64,000 bases of DNA from Eledone cirrhosa (lineage: Eukaryota). The stretch is taken from NCBI GenBank assembly GCA_964016885.1, contig OZ024743.1, positions 342,984,001 to 343,048,000 of the forward strand, read 5' to 3'. This document shows, piece after piece, positions 12,354 through 25,232 of the stretch. A program made the position numbers and the translations under genes. The notes beneath the pieces were generated by a model. The model was given only the letters and a program-made list of their open reading frames with translations. It had not been told where the DNA came from and did not search any database. Each line of letters opens with the position of its first letter. The stretch's first letter is position 1.

Positions 12354-13084
12354 CAGTTGCATTTATCTTGCTTTATGTTCATACGAGTCATCACCAAGTC
12401 ACAACCAGTGACCTCAAGAGACAACAAGGTCCGCCATGTTCAAGAAAGAACATACATATTCACACATGCATCTTTAGTGTTTAGACTTGTGATGTACTTA
12501 TATTGACAGAATCTTCCTTAGTATATGGGCGGTTCCCATTAATACTATCTTTTGTATTTCTCCTATACGCGGGTTTCCTGGGATTTGCGATATGTAATCA
12601 TTAGACCCCTTAGGTATCATTCCCAGAGCGCCTACAACCACTGGTATTGTTTTAGTTCTCAATTTCCACATTTTTCCAATTTCTATCTCCAGGTCCTTAT
12701 ACTTGCTCAATTTTTCAAATGTTTTTATAGATACGTTCTTGTCTATTGGAACAGACATATCAATTAGCAGGCATACCCTCTTTTGAAAGTCTTTCAATAT
12801 TATATCAGGTCTGTTTGCATCTATTTTTCGGTCTGTTTGGATGCTAAAGTTCCACAAGATTGAGATGTGATCTTTTTCAAGTATGGGAGGTGGTTGATGC
12901 TCCCACCAATTCTTTTGATGGGGCAGGTCAAAATGCTTACACATTATCCAATGTATGTATTGTGCAGCTCTGTCATGCCTGTTTAGGTATTCGGTTGGAG
13001 CTATAGGACTGCACATTGAAATTATATGGTCAATGGTCTCTGGTTGTTTTTTGCATACACGGCATAATATTTGCATACACGGCA

Positions 13085-13086
<2 letters not shown>
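12354..13086 (-). mobile_element. R4/Dong family B copy 2, 3' ~730 bp
   Basis: ORF 12498-13085 (CCHC plus RLE, ends KILSI*); same 3' UTR as B copy 1; (TAA)n flanks. Confidence 0.9.
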
Positions 13087-13124
<38 letters not shown>

Positions 13125-13131
13125 GTTGTTA

Positions 13132-14643
13132 TTCCTTGAATCTCAGTCATTGATGTTGGTTAACTGGAAAGTCCGTTGGATTGAATATCAAGCCACTACC
13201 TGCAGCCTCAGATATTCAGGACGTATCGGAGGGTTCTTGCTGTTCCAAGCATGCATGCCTTTTGAAGCGTTCCAAAAAGCGTGAAGGGGCCGATTTTCTT
13301 TAACCATCCCTGGAAACTTTTGGAGATAGTCCCCAGTGCGCCTATGACAATCGGAATCACTTTGACTTCATGGCAGTTCCAAATCCTTTTCACCTCCCAC
13401 TTTAGGTCCTGGTATCGGTTAATTTTCTCCCTCTCCTTCTCTTGCACTCTCGTGTCGAACGGGCAGGCCACATCCACAATCAGACACGATCTTTTTTCTT
13501 TGTCCACAACCACCAGGTCAGGTCTATTGTGTTCCAGTTTTTTTGTCCGTCTGTATCCTAAAATCCCACAGCACCTTCACCTGATTGTTCTCCATCACCG
13601 CCTCTGGCCTATGCTCATACCATTTCTCAGAATGTGGTAAATTGTTTACTTTGCACAGGTGCCAGTGGATCACCCTGCCCATCACATCGTGTCTCCAGCC
13701 CTTATAGTGGGTCTGGGCTAGGTGTTTACACTCGGACACAATGTGAGCCACAGTCTCCTCTCTCTCTCCACAGATCCTGCACAGTGGGCTAGCCTCCTCC
13801 TTGTAGATATGGTGCTTCAACCACTTCGTTTTGAGGGCCTGCTCCTGCGCAGCCATTAGCATTCCTTCTGTAGCCTTTTTGAGGTCTCCTCTTCTCAACC
13901 GGTTCCATGTCTGTGGATCTCTAAATTCAGTTTTCTCAAAGAAGGTACTATGAAGGGATTTTCCCTTAAGGCTGCTCTTCCTCCTTGATGTTATTTCCTC
14001 CTTGGACATCCCCTGGCCTACTGTCCCCTCCTTCAGTACAGTTCTGAGCATTGGCTCCTTACTATAGGTCACGAATTTGTATAGGTTGTTTTTTTCCATC
14101 TGAACACAGTCCTCTATGCTGATAAGACCTCTTCCACCCTCAGATCTCCTTAGGTAGAGTCTATCGACATCACTCCTCTTGTGGAACATGTTGTAGATAG
14201 TCAATAGCTTCCTAGTCTTCCTATCCATTTCTTTTTGTTCAGCAACATTCCATCTCAGAATTCCCGCACTGTACCTAATAATAGACACAGCTCGGGAATT
14301 TACTGCGCTTATGGCATTTCTGCTGTTCAGATGTGACTTCAATACGCTCCTTACTCTCCGAATGTATTCAGTTCTTAACAATTCCTTCATTTTTTTGTTC
14401 TTTATGCCATCAGCCTCCAGAACGCCCAAATACTTGTATCCTTCCTCAGAGTCAATTTCCTTTATCATCTCACCTGTTGGTATCTGGATCCCGTTACTTC
14501 TGCTCAACCTACCCCTCTTCATCATATCGGAGGGTTCTTGCTGTTCCAAGCAAGCATGCCTTTTGAAGCGTTCCAAAAAGCGTGAAGGGGCCGATTTTCT
14601 TTAACCATCCCTGGAAACTTTTGGAGATAGTCCCCAGTGCGCC

Positions 14644-14644
<1 letters not shown>
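13132..14644 (-). mobile_element. R4/Dong family A copy 3 (5'-truncated) with a 120-bp second family A fragment fused at its 5' end
   Basis: 13132-14524 matches the copy 1 3' part with one frameshift in a T-run; 14525-14644 repeats the GALG..TLRY segment. Confidence 0.88.
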
Positions 14645-14696
<52 letters not shown>

Positions 14697-14715
14697 TTAT
14701 ATATATATATATATA

Positions 14716-15205
14716 TAATTGAATATACAAGAGCGATAAACACAAATATAAACATACATGTGTTCAAATTGTAATGGACCAACTCCTTCTTGTTGAGCTA
14801 ATTTAAATGTCGTGTAAACTTGGCTGCTATTTTTAGCAGCGTATGTTTATGAGACACGCTAGGTTCTGATGCCATGTGCGTTATTTTATATTCGCATACT
14901 ATTCAGTCTTCTGAGAAACTTAGAAGTGGAGGGGTTACTAATTTTTACACCCACTGAAGAGCAAAGAATTGGTAATTTGCTTCGCTAAATATTGCGAAAC
15001 AGCTACCAAAGCTATCTGGGTGTTCAGGCAGTTTCCCAATATAGGTTTGTTCTTCTTTTTCTTGATTTATTACTTTAAATTGAGTCTGGCAAACCATATT
15101 GTTATAGTTAGTATTTTTTTCACCCTAGCGAACTTGATCCCTTACAATTTGAACACATGTATCTTTATATCTGTGTTTATCTCTCTTGTATATTCAGTTA
15201 TATTA
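14716..15205. mobile_element. PLE-like foldback element with ~65-bp inverted arms enclosing a hammerhead
   Basis: 14716-14780 is inverted relative to 15140-15205; adjacent to (TA)n. Confidence 0.6.
14947..15023 (+). ncRNA. Type I hammerhead ribozyme (probable GUC to AUC mutation)
   Basis: acaccca-CTGAAGA-gcaa[loop]ttgc-GAAA-c agct accaa agct a-TC-tgggtgt; 7-bp stem I. Confidence 0.7.
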
Positions 15206-15312
15206 CACGGCTCAGAAAAACTTCTTTCTTTGAGCTATTTAATTGTAAGAGACTATTTTGAGTTTCTAACTCAATATATGCCTTTGGTGTATATATATAT
15301 ATATACATACTA

Positions 15313-15765
15313 ACACAAGAACAAGAATGAAGGGTTCATTCTACTGACATGGCTATAAAAATGAGGCTTGTTTGCATAATTCATAACGAATCGAATGTTA
15401 TTATTAATATTTCAAAAACTCAGATTACATTTATTGTATTCTGACTGGCCAGTCTGCTGATATGCAAATCTGGCTGATCAGTGGATCTGCTAATATGCAG
15501 ATCTGACTGATTAGCCAGTCTGCTAATATGCAAATCAGGCCGATCAATCACTGTATATTTTAGAAAATAGCATATATTTTCACTAACTCTGACAGTTGGC
15601 AGGTGAACAGTGAGCTGTACTGATGAAGGGTGATACCCAGAAACATTAGTGTCTGCTGTTCTGTTTACATGCCAACACAAGAGCAAGAATGAAGGGTTCA
15701 TTCTACTGACATGGCTATAAAAATTAGGCTTGTTTGCATAATTGCAAACGAATCGACATGTAGAG
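15313..15765 (+). mobile_element. PLE-like unit with ~85-bp direct (pseudo-LTR) repeats, an internal ~33-bp minisatellite and a hammerhead
   Basis: 15313-15398 matches 15674-15760; 15441-15545 tandem ..tctgctaatatgca.at; (TA)n on both sides. Confidence 0.65.
15612..15661 (+). ncRNA. Minimal type I hammerhead ribozyme
   Basis: gagctgta-CTGATGA-a gggt gat accc a-GAAA-cattagtg-TC-tgctgttc; stem I imperfect. Confidence 0.65.
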
Positions 15766-15789
15766 CGAACATTTTCTTTATATATATAT

Positions 15790-16170
15790 ATATGAATGTA
15801 TGTATAGTATATTTGGCAATATACCGTATGTTTAATTAAAAACATTTAGAAAACCATATGCTATCAGTTTTAAAGTAGTGACTATGTCACTTACTTCTTT
15901 TCGGCGAAAGAAGGGAGAGAATCTGGGAGTCTGTTTCTCGCTGGTTGGCGTTCATCAGAGCCACGTACTACCCTGCTTTCACCGAAAATTGTAGAAGCTG
16001 CATTCTTATAGAATTCCAGTAATAATCAGCGAAAAGAAGTAAGTGACATAGTCACTACTTTAAAACTGATAGCGTATGGTCTTCTAAATGTTTTTAATTA
16101 AACATACGGTATATTGCCAAATATACTATACATACATTCATGTATACATCGCTATTTCAGAGCACCAATC
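15790..16170. mobile_element. Foldback PLE-like element (~115-bp arms) with a degenerate hammerhead on the - strand (~15902-15963); shorter copy at 23692-23840
   Basis: 15792-15903 inverted relative to 16031-16142; - strand CTGATGA a cgc caacca gcg a GAAA; shared end catcgctatttcagagcacca. Confidence 0.65.
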
Positions 16171-16180
16171 ATTATACATA

Positions 16181-16364
16181 TGGATTGGCTGTATCGGTAG
16201 AGGGTCGGACGCCATGCTTTGATGCATAGAGTTACGGCCCTTGCCATTCTGAGTTCAAATCCCGCCGAGGTTAACTTTGCCTTTCATCCTTACGGGGTCG
16301 ATAAAATAAAGTACCAGTAATGCACTGGGTAATTGCTGGACTTGTGCCAAAAGTAGAAACAATT
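16181..16364 (+). mobile_element. SINE S1
   Basis: S1 consensus; TSD attatacatat. Confidence 0.9.
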
Positions 16365-16390
16365 ATACATATATATATATATATGTATGC

Positions 16391-17064
16391 ATACAAGTGG
16401 AAGCTTAGTAAAATCGAAGCTTTGGCTGTGGCCAAGCAAAATCGACCTACAATAAGGAATGAGTTAGCAAAACACTCAATAAGGGTGGGTCCTTAGAGTA
16501 ATACCATACGTTTAAATAGCTTGACAAATTGAAAATTGCGGTGGGCAAAACCTAACCACACAATACCAAAGCAACGAAAGAACTAAACAGGTTAAAAAGC
16601 AGACCTGGACAGATCGGACGATATTCTGCAATACGTCCGATATGTTTCTATGAATCCAAAATCATCTATCCAAGTTACGTAACACGTAAGCTTCTGGTAT
16701 CCCATGATCGAACAGGAGATTCATTTCATCAACAGGGATTCCGTTCTACTGCCTCAAACTGGTGTGAACAAACTAAATGCGACCGCTACAATAGACAGCC
16801 TACAAACATTTCGTTGTCACGTGTTATTTCCAACAAGGGAAGCAACCCCCGGTTTTTGGCGGGTAAATTCAAACTGTTAACGAAGGAAAGAATATTTCCG
16901 CTCAACATTCCGAATAAAAGTTCTCAACCAGGTGTTATTAAACAAACACAAATAATTAACCAATGAACAGAATTACCTAATTAAATTAATTAGTTAATTA
17001 TTAAATCTAGGAGAAAATAATACAAGTGGAAGCTTAGTAAAATAGAAGCTTTGGCTGTGGCCAA
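16391..17064 (+). repeat. Unclassified element with ~43-bp terminal direct repeats, in (TA)n
   Basis: tacaagtggaagcttagtaaaat.gaagctttggctgtggccaa at both ends; interior homologous to 1-440. Confidence 0.55.
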
Positions 17065-17225
17065 TATATATATATATATAAAATAATAATAATAATAATA
17101 ATATTTATAGTTATGTATACACTATATACAACTATAAACAGGAAAGGTCAGTAATTTATTACTACCTTATTATCAGTAAGAAAAATAACTCAATGAAAAT
17201 ACATGAGATGTTTTACAGAGCCGGA

Positions 17226-18006
<781 letters not shown>

Positions 18007-19359
18007 TGTTTTTATATATAAACATACATAAGTGCAAATTTACAGTGAACAACGAAAATACATTTTTGTTTTTTTTTGTTTTTTTAAGTGGGACTGCAGA
18101 AAAAATCATGGTTATCTCATTTGTTTTTATACTGACTGGTTTCAGCTATCGTTAGCGTTTCAAAGTATAGAGTATTTTATAGTGTGCGCGTGTATGTAAG
18201 GAAAAGAGCAGGGAAGACTGTGTATAAGGTCATGGAGATACACAAGATTGGTGAATTGAAAAACAATTGAGATACATAATCCTAATAGAGTTTAGGTAGG
18301 AGAACGTGTGATTTTCATATTAGGGACACGAGTTTACTGGAGAAGATTACAAGTGAAATATAATTATAGTTAAGAAATACATGTAGAGGAAGTTATCTCG
18401 TCAGTAGTTCCATTATACAGATTGCAGCCTTTTATATTATTTCAAGAGATGAATATGAATACTTGGGTTGTTATGGGAAAGTGAAAGCAACTACGTATTT
18501 CTGTTTGTTTGATTTGTTTTTTTTTTAATTTGTATTGATAATTATTTCTCCTATTTCTTGTATAACTGTCAGTTTCAATGTAAACACTTGATTTGTTTTT
18601 GTTTGTTTTTAAGGTATGAACGATTTGGCTATATCTTGAAATATTTGACTCCAGGTAATAAATAACATTATCTAAATAAACATAAACTGCTTAGTATGTT
18701 GAAGTGAGTGAAGTGGATATTAACCCTTTCGTTACCCTGTTTTGACTGCAATACACAAAATAGCTATAAAAAATAATGAAAACTTTAGAGGTTTTTAGTA
18801 AAATGCCTATTTTTCTTTTCTCAGCAGAGCTGTTCTGCTAGAGAACGGGCCGTTGATGGCGGATAGCGATACGGCCACCAGATATGACGGTTAGTTGCGA
18901 TATAAGCGGGCTCCTGCAGGACTAATAAACAACCCCGGACCAGCAGTGGTATATTATTAAACGAGATAGAGCATTGTGTGATACTGTTAACTCCCAAGAA
19001 AACTCTCACAAGTTAGTGAAATAGTTACGATGAGGCAAGTAAGGGCCGTTTTCAAAAGAGCCTAGTCTTCCCGAGTTCGATAAAAATACCTAATTTGTGA
19101 CTGGTGCGAATAAGACTACCAAAAAACTACAATATGTTTAGATGCAATAATAGCATTCGTGCTACATCGTCCGTCGTGTGGAGTAACAAGGGACGTGTTC
19201 AGGCATTAGATAAGGGGGGGGGGACGCCTGTTTGAAAAATATATTGCAATCTCCATCTAAAGCTGTTAGAATTGGCGATGGACGTGTGACCTGTCTTGGG
19301 GTGGGTGAACGCACAAAGGTTGCATGTCCCGAGACACCGAAGAGGGCACGGAAGGGAGT

Positions 19360-20800
19360 AAACCTTGACAATTGGAACCTGGAACATCACAACTCTTACA
19401 GATAAAGAGCAGGAATTAGTGGAGGGGTGTAGATGCTACCCGCTAGATATAGTCGGTGTTTCCTCAACAAAGTTCCTTGGTACTGTAGATTTGGATGAAG
19501 GATGGAAACTCCACTATTCAGGTGTGGTGCCAGAAATGGAGTGGATCCCATTAGGAGGAAGGATTTGCCTCTGACGCTTCGGCTAAAAGGTCTCAGTGGG
19601 CAGTGCAAAATTATGCGCCAAACACAGTCCGAATATAGATCCTTCCTTGATTAAGTCACTGCAGCGTTACATCTAGTTAAGATTTAGTCATATATCCTAA
19701 TGGGCGATTTCAAAAGCATAGGCTGACACTGACCAGCTAACATCAAAAGGAGTAATTGGAAGGAACGGCGATTCCGATATAAACATAAATGAAGAGGTAT
19801 TATTAAACCTTAGTTTATGGCGGTGGATTGGCAGTATCGATAGAGGGTCTGACACCATGTTTTGACGCATAGAGTTACGGCTCTTGCCATTCTGAGTTCA
19901 AATCCCGCCGAGGTTAACTTTGCCTTTCTTCCTTACGGGGTCGATAAAATAAAGTACCAGTAATGCACTGGGATAATTGCTGACCTTGTGCCAAAAAGTA
20001 GAAACAATTATTAAACCTTAGTTCTAGTAATGGGCTCTCTATTAGGAACACCTTCTTTCAACACAAATGCATCCATATATACTCGTGGTATAAGTGAAAT
20101 CGGAGACAGAAACCAGTAACTGATTTTGTTATTGTCTCTCATCTCTTCGATTTTGTGCTGGATGTTTGTGTTAAGAGAGTGGCTGGGCTGTCAACTAATC
20201 ACAATCTAGTTATCTGCAACTTGAGACTACCTAAAGCCAGGAAACCCCACAGAAAAGACAGGTTCAGTTCAACTTTCCTGATAAAGAAGTCAGGACCAGG
20301 TAAGCGGTTACTATTGTAGCCAAATTCAGATAACTATCTGAACAATCTGAGGATGTTGAAACAGAGTGAAGACTGTTCACCTCAGCGAGTTCTACTTCAA
20401 CTGTTAAATGCTGTGGGAGAAAGCCGTTTGGTGTGACACCGGGAGGCAGGAAGGCCCTTGGTTTAATCAAGAAGATAAAGATGTCATTCGAGCAAAGAAT
20501 AAGGCTTACAAAGCTTAGCTTGGGAATGTGCCCTCCTTCTTGCATTTGCGGTTCCAGTAGGCGTGAAGAGTCGCAGTTGAGACAGCAAAAGCACCCAGAG
20601 TTAAAACAGGGTTAAGCTGGAATTAAACTTTAGATCAGTAAATAAAGTATTCTGGCAGACCATCTGCCCACTATCAGGAACACATCTGGAGTTCTCTCTT
20701 CAAAGAGGTGCATCCTCGAAAGGTGGGGAGAATACTTTGCTGATCTCCTAAATCTAGTCACAGCAACACCTTCTGATGTACATGAGATGAATTCTTTACT
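19360..20800 (+). pseudogene. Decayed RTE-clade LINE, APE endonuclease region
   Basis: TIGTWNITTL..DIVGVSSTK, LMGDF, and a WGEYF.DLLN-like motif; many stops; interrupted by a SINE. Confidence 0.7.
19819..20010 (+). mobile_element. SINE S1 inserted in the RTE remnant
   Basis: TSD tattaaaccttagtt. Confidence 0.9.
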
Positions 20801-20814
20801 GAGACATTCTAACC

Positions 20815-21270
20815 GTATGCCATAGTATCGGAGCTGTTATCTCTCAATTCGGAGAACTAGCGACTCTACCTGGAGTGACTCTCTGATCTCCGAGCTACGC
20901 ACTCTATCGAGTAATGTTACTCCAAAGACCATTTGGAGGGACCCGATTTCGGCCACTTGTATTCGCGATCGTATTCTTTCGACCATAACCCAAGATTGAT
21001 GACCATAGGTAAGAGTTGGCATGAATACCGAATTGAAGATAGCGAATTTGGCTTTTACGTCTACCTCTCATTTTCTGGTGGCCGAATACTGAAGCTGGCG
21101 CATTACTGCACCAGCTCCTGCAATGTTTGCATTTAATTCAGCTTTCTGCTTTCAATCACTCATGAACACGGTCCCGAGATACTTAAACTACTCCACCTGT
21201 TTCAATAGAACTCCACTGTCATGTTGAGTGCGCTGCACAGACTTTCTCGAAAGGGCGAGTGTCCTGGATT
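20815..21270 (-). pseudogene. Decayed RTE-clade LINE, RT C-terminal region, opposite orientation to 19360-20800
   Basis: VEYFKYLG-like motif, PTLTYGHQSW..IQVAEI..DRVRSSEIRESLQVE..LRIER. Confidence 0.7.
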
Positions 21271-21672
21271 CACTACTGAAAACAAAACCTGAGAAATTTT
21301 GAATCCCATGAAATTCAAAATATTTCAGCTATCTCAATCTTATTTTCAAGTATAGTGTATCAAAGACTACATTATTCAAAATATCTTACCATTTTTAAAG
21401 ACGACGGGGGGATTTGGTTGGTATTTCTAGGAAGATCAATCACTGTATAGAGGCTTGAGTTTGGTAGAAGTAGAAGCTATGACTCTATACTTCCTTTCCC
21501 GTTTAACCATTATACACCACTTCTGTCTTATTCTATAAAGACAAGATCGTCATTTTTAAATGGGTACCGGAGTAGAAATATATTTTTATGTCTTGCAAAA
21601 CAAGACGAAATATAAAAACACGGCCATAGCAAGCTGTGGAAGCATTTTTTTTATTATTAATTACTTATATGA

Positions 21673-21860
21673 GGGCGGTGAATTGGCAGTATCAGTAGAG
21701 GGTTGGACGCCATGCTTTCTAGCATAGTTACGTCCCTTTACGGTTTGAGTTCAAATCCCGTCGAGGTTAACTTTGCCTTTCATCCTTACGGGGTCGATAA
21801 AATAAAGTACCAGTAATGTACTGGGTTATTGCTGGCCTTGTGCCAAAAGTAGAAACAATT
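21673..21860 (+). mobile_element. SINE S1
   Basis: S1 consensus; TSD attaattacttatatga. Confidence 0.9.
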
Positions 21861-22207
21861 AATTACTTATATGATTTTCATTAAAAACATTTAACCAAGA
21901 ATAAAATAAATGATGTTCATCGATAATAGATAAAATAAACAAAACAGTGTGTGTATATCCGTAACAATTGATGGGATGATTGGGGAGAGAGAGAGTAAGA
22001 AAGAGATATAGAGAAAGAATCGACGTCAGTACTAGATCGGTACTTTCTTATCGACTTCAGTAGTATGAAAGTCAATTGACCTCGGCAGGATTTGAACTCA
22101 TAGAATGCAGAGAACTGATATGAATACCACAAAGCGTTGTATCAGACAATCTAATGGTTATGCCAATTTGTCGCACATATCCAAAAATATAGGCATTTCT
22201 TAATATA

Positions 22208-22910
22208 ATTGTTTCTACTTTTGGCACAAGGCCAGCAATTACCCAGTATATTACTGGTACTTTATTTTATCGACCCCGTAAGGATGAAAGGCAAAGTTAA
22301 CCTTGAACTCAGATCATAAAGGACCATAACTCTATGCTGCAAAGTATATGGCGTCCGAACCTCTACCGATACTGCCAATCCACCGGCATAATTTCTTAAT
22401 ATAATAGTTTCTGACTTGAGCACAAGGCCGGCAATTTCGGGAAAAGGGAAAGTCGATTAAATCGACTTCAGAGGATTACTGGTGCTTTATTTTATCGACT
22501 CCATAAGGATGAAAGGCGAAGCTAACCTCTGGAGGATTTTAATTCAGAACGTAAAGAGCCGTAACTCTATACCGTTAAGTCAAAAACGTTTATTTTGTTA
22601 ATTCACAGCGGACTCAGAAATTCAATACACAATAATACATATGACAATTAGAACAGTGAAAAATAACACAATATTACAACGGTTTCTAATTATTTTGGTT
22701 TCTAGTCAGTTTCTGATCTTGGCACAAGTCTAGCAATTTGTGAGGAAAGACAGAGTTGATTAAACTAACCCAGTACTTGACTGGTATTTTATTTTATTGA
22801 CCTTGAAAGGCAAAGTTGATTTCAGTAGGATTAGAACTCGGAACGTAAACAACCAGAACAACACTGCTACTCATTTGTCCAAAGCTCTAGCGACTCTATC
22901 AATCCACCAC
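22208..22910 (-). mobile_element. Cluster of three SINEs: S1 at 22208-22388 and older relatives at ~22405-22575 and ~22705-22910
   Basis: Reverse-complement S1 motifs (gaaaggcaaagtt, gatttgaactc); TSD atttcttaatataat around the first. Confidence 0.75.
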
Positions 22911-23240
22911 CATTGATAATAACAACTTCACCAGAACAGCAGGATTTGAACTAATGATTGATAAGGAAAACAAAAAGTGCTCATATGCAACACCACATAC
23001 TGAATGAAGACCGGATGAAAGAAAACTGCAGGCCGTACTTTAACGACGCTTCATGTAGAAAATAACTGTTATGTATGATTTTTAATTTTTTTTAATTGTG
23101 TTAATCCTCAACGGACACTTCGAACAAAAATATTCCAGATAAGGGTATTCTGTTTTTAGACATAGTGCGTATATCGTAGGTGTCTTTCTACTTTAAAATA
23201 CAATAAAATATATATTTGAAAAAATTTAGCTTATAATTAT

Positions 23241-23311
<71 letters not shown>

Positions 23312-23843
23312 AGGGAGAAAGAGACGATTATTAGGAAGAAAAACATTTTTTTTTATTTTTTTATTTCTTTCTCTCTTTTTTCTGGGTTAGAAAATGATTA
23401 AAACGAAATGTTTTACTTTGTGTGAAGTGTTAAGGTATTAGTTGATTTATTTATTAATTAACAATGGCATTTATTTATCCATTTATATATTTAATAATTG
23501 TCTATTACCGGTTTCAACATTTTTATGCATTGTCAAATGATAGTGATATGTATTGGTGTAGAATAGTGGTGTTGCACATCTTAAAGAAATGGTGCAGAAA
23601 GAATAATGTTATTTACAAACAAGGTTTATGAAATGAAAGAAAAAAGAAAAGAAGGGGCGTAATGTATAGCATAAAAAGTCAATATATATATATATATGAA
23701 TGTATGTATAGTATATTTGATAACATACTTTAAAATTCACAGCGAATGGTCTTCAAAATGTTTTTAATTAAACATACAGTACGTTATCAAATATACTATA
23801 CATACATTCATATATACATCGCTATTTCAGAGCACCAGTACTA

Positions 23844-24003
<160 letters not shown>

Positions 24004-24274
24004 TGCGTCGCTGACCGTGTTGTGTTCAAAAGGAAAATATTAATTTCGAAATAGTTTTAAAACTCCAGGAAAACATACTTTAAGCTAATTTTAATATAAT
24101 CATAAAACGAACTATTTCTTCGTGATGAAAAATTTTATCTGAAAGTATTGATGATTAAGCTTAAAGCAAGTTTGTTTTCTGAGATTTTCAACATATTTTT
24201 AATGAGTATTTTATTTTGAAAGCGACAATAATTATAACTCGGAAATTTTCAAATTTCAGGGTTTTTTAAGAAAT

Positions 24275-24463
24275 AATTGTTTCTACTTTTGGCACAAGGC
24301 CAGCAATTATCCAGTGCATTACTGGTACTTTATTTTATCGACCCCGTAAGGATGAAAGGCAAAGTTAACCTCGGCGGGATTTGAACTCAAACCATAAAGG
24401 GGCGTAACTCTTTGCTGCAAAGCATAGCGTCAGACCCTCTACCGATACTGCCAATCCACCACC
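24275..24463 (-). mobile_element. SINE S1
   Basis: S1 reverse complement; TSD tttttaagaaataat. Confidence 0.9.
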
Positions 24464-24706
24464 CTTTTTAAGAAATAATGTTAATTGAACGGGAAAATTG
24501 AATTTAAAAAATAAAGAGAGAACATGTTATTTGAGAAAGATTTGTTTGCTATTTGGCTTTTTGTATAAATTTTCTAGTAATATATTATTGCTGTTGGTTG
24601 TAGACTTTATGAGTTTGTATTTTTAAGACATTCGTTTATCCTATTTCAAAAATATATAACTACAAATATGCATATAAGCGCGTGTGTGTGTACTTTTTAT
24701 ACATGC

Positions 24707-24790
<84 letters not shown>

Positions 24791-24794
<4 letters not shown>

Positions 24795-24961
24795 TTAATA
24801 AAGATGAGATTCTACAGGACTAGAACTGTTTCATTCATTAGAAATCATCAGGAATCCCTGTTCTAGTCCTGTAGAATCTCATCTTTATTAAAACTGTTAT
24901 ACTCTGCTATGTATTGAGTACCTTACTTACTGTGGTTACCTCCGATTCAACCCGGAATAAC

Positions 24962-24962
<1 letters not shown>
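24791..24962. mobile_element. 170-bp hairpin element inserted in (TA)n
   Basis: agttttaataaagatgagattctacaggactagaac / gttctagtcctgtagaatctcatctttattaaaact perfect arms. Confidence 0.75.
24808..24856 (-). ncRNA. Type I hammerhead ribozyme with paired stem III
   Basis: gattc-CTGATGA-t ttc taat gaa t-GAAA-cag ttctagtc ctg-TA-gaatc. Confidence 0.75.
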
Positions 24963-25015
<53 letters not shown>

Positions 25016-25043
25016 ACATATATATATATATATGTGTGTGTGT

Positions 25044-25074
<31 letters not shown>

Positions 25075-25232
25075 AGAAATACCACAGACCGTCCATCTCA
25101 AACTCTACTTTTGAAAATAAGAAGAACTGCGAAACCGGTAATGGAACCAAATAAATATATATATTTAAAAAAAAAAGACTCCAGTTGCATTTCGATTTCA
25201 TCTTTTTTCCTTATATATATATATATATATAT

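Noticed and set aside
13132-14524. A3 as a recombinant of A1 and A2
   Set aside because: The shared variants are equally explained by A3 being close to consensus while A1 and A2 carry private changes. More copies are needed.
18719-18745. piggyBac-like terminus ttaa-ccctttcgttacc
   Set aside because: No matching opposite terminus was found.
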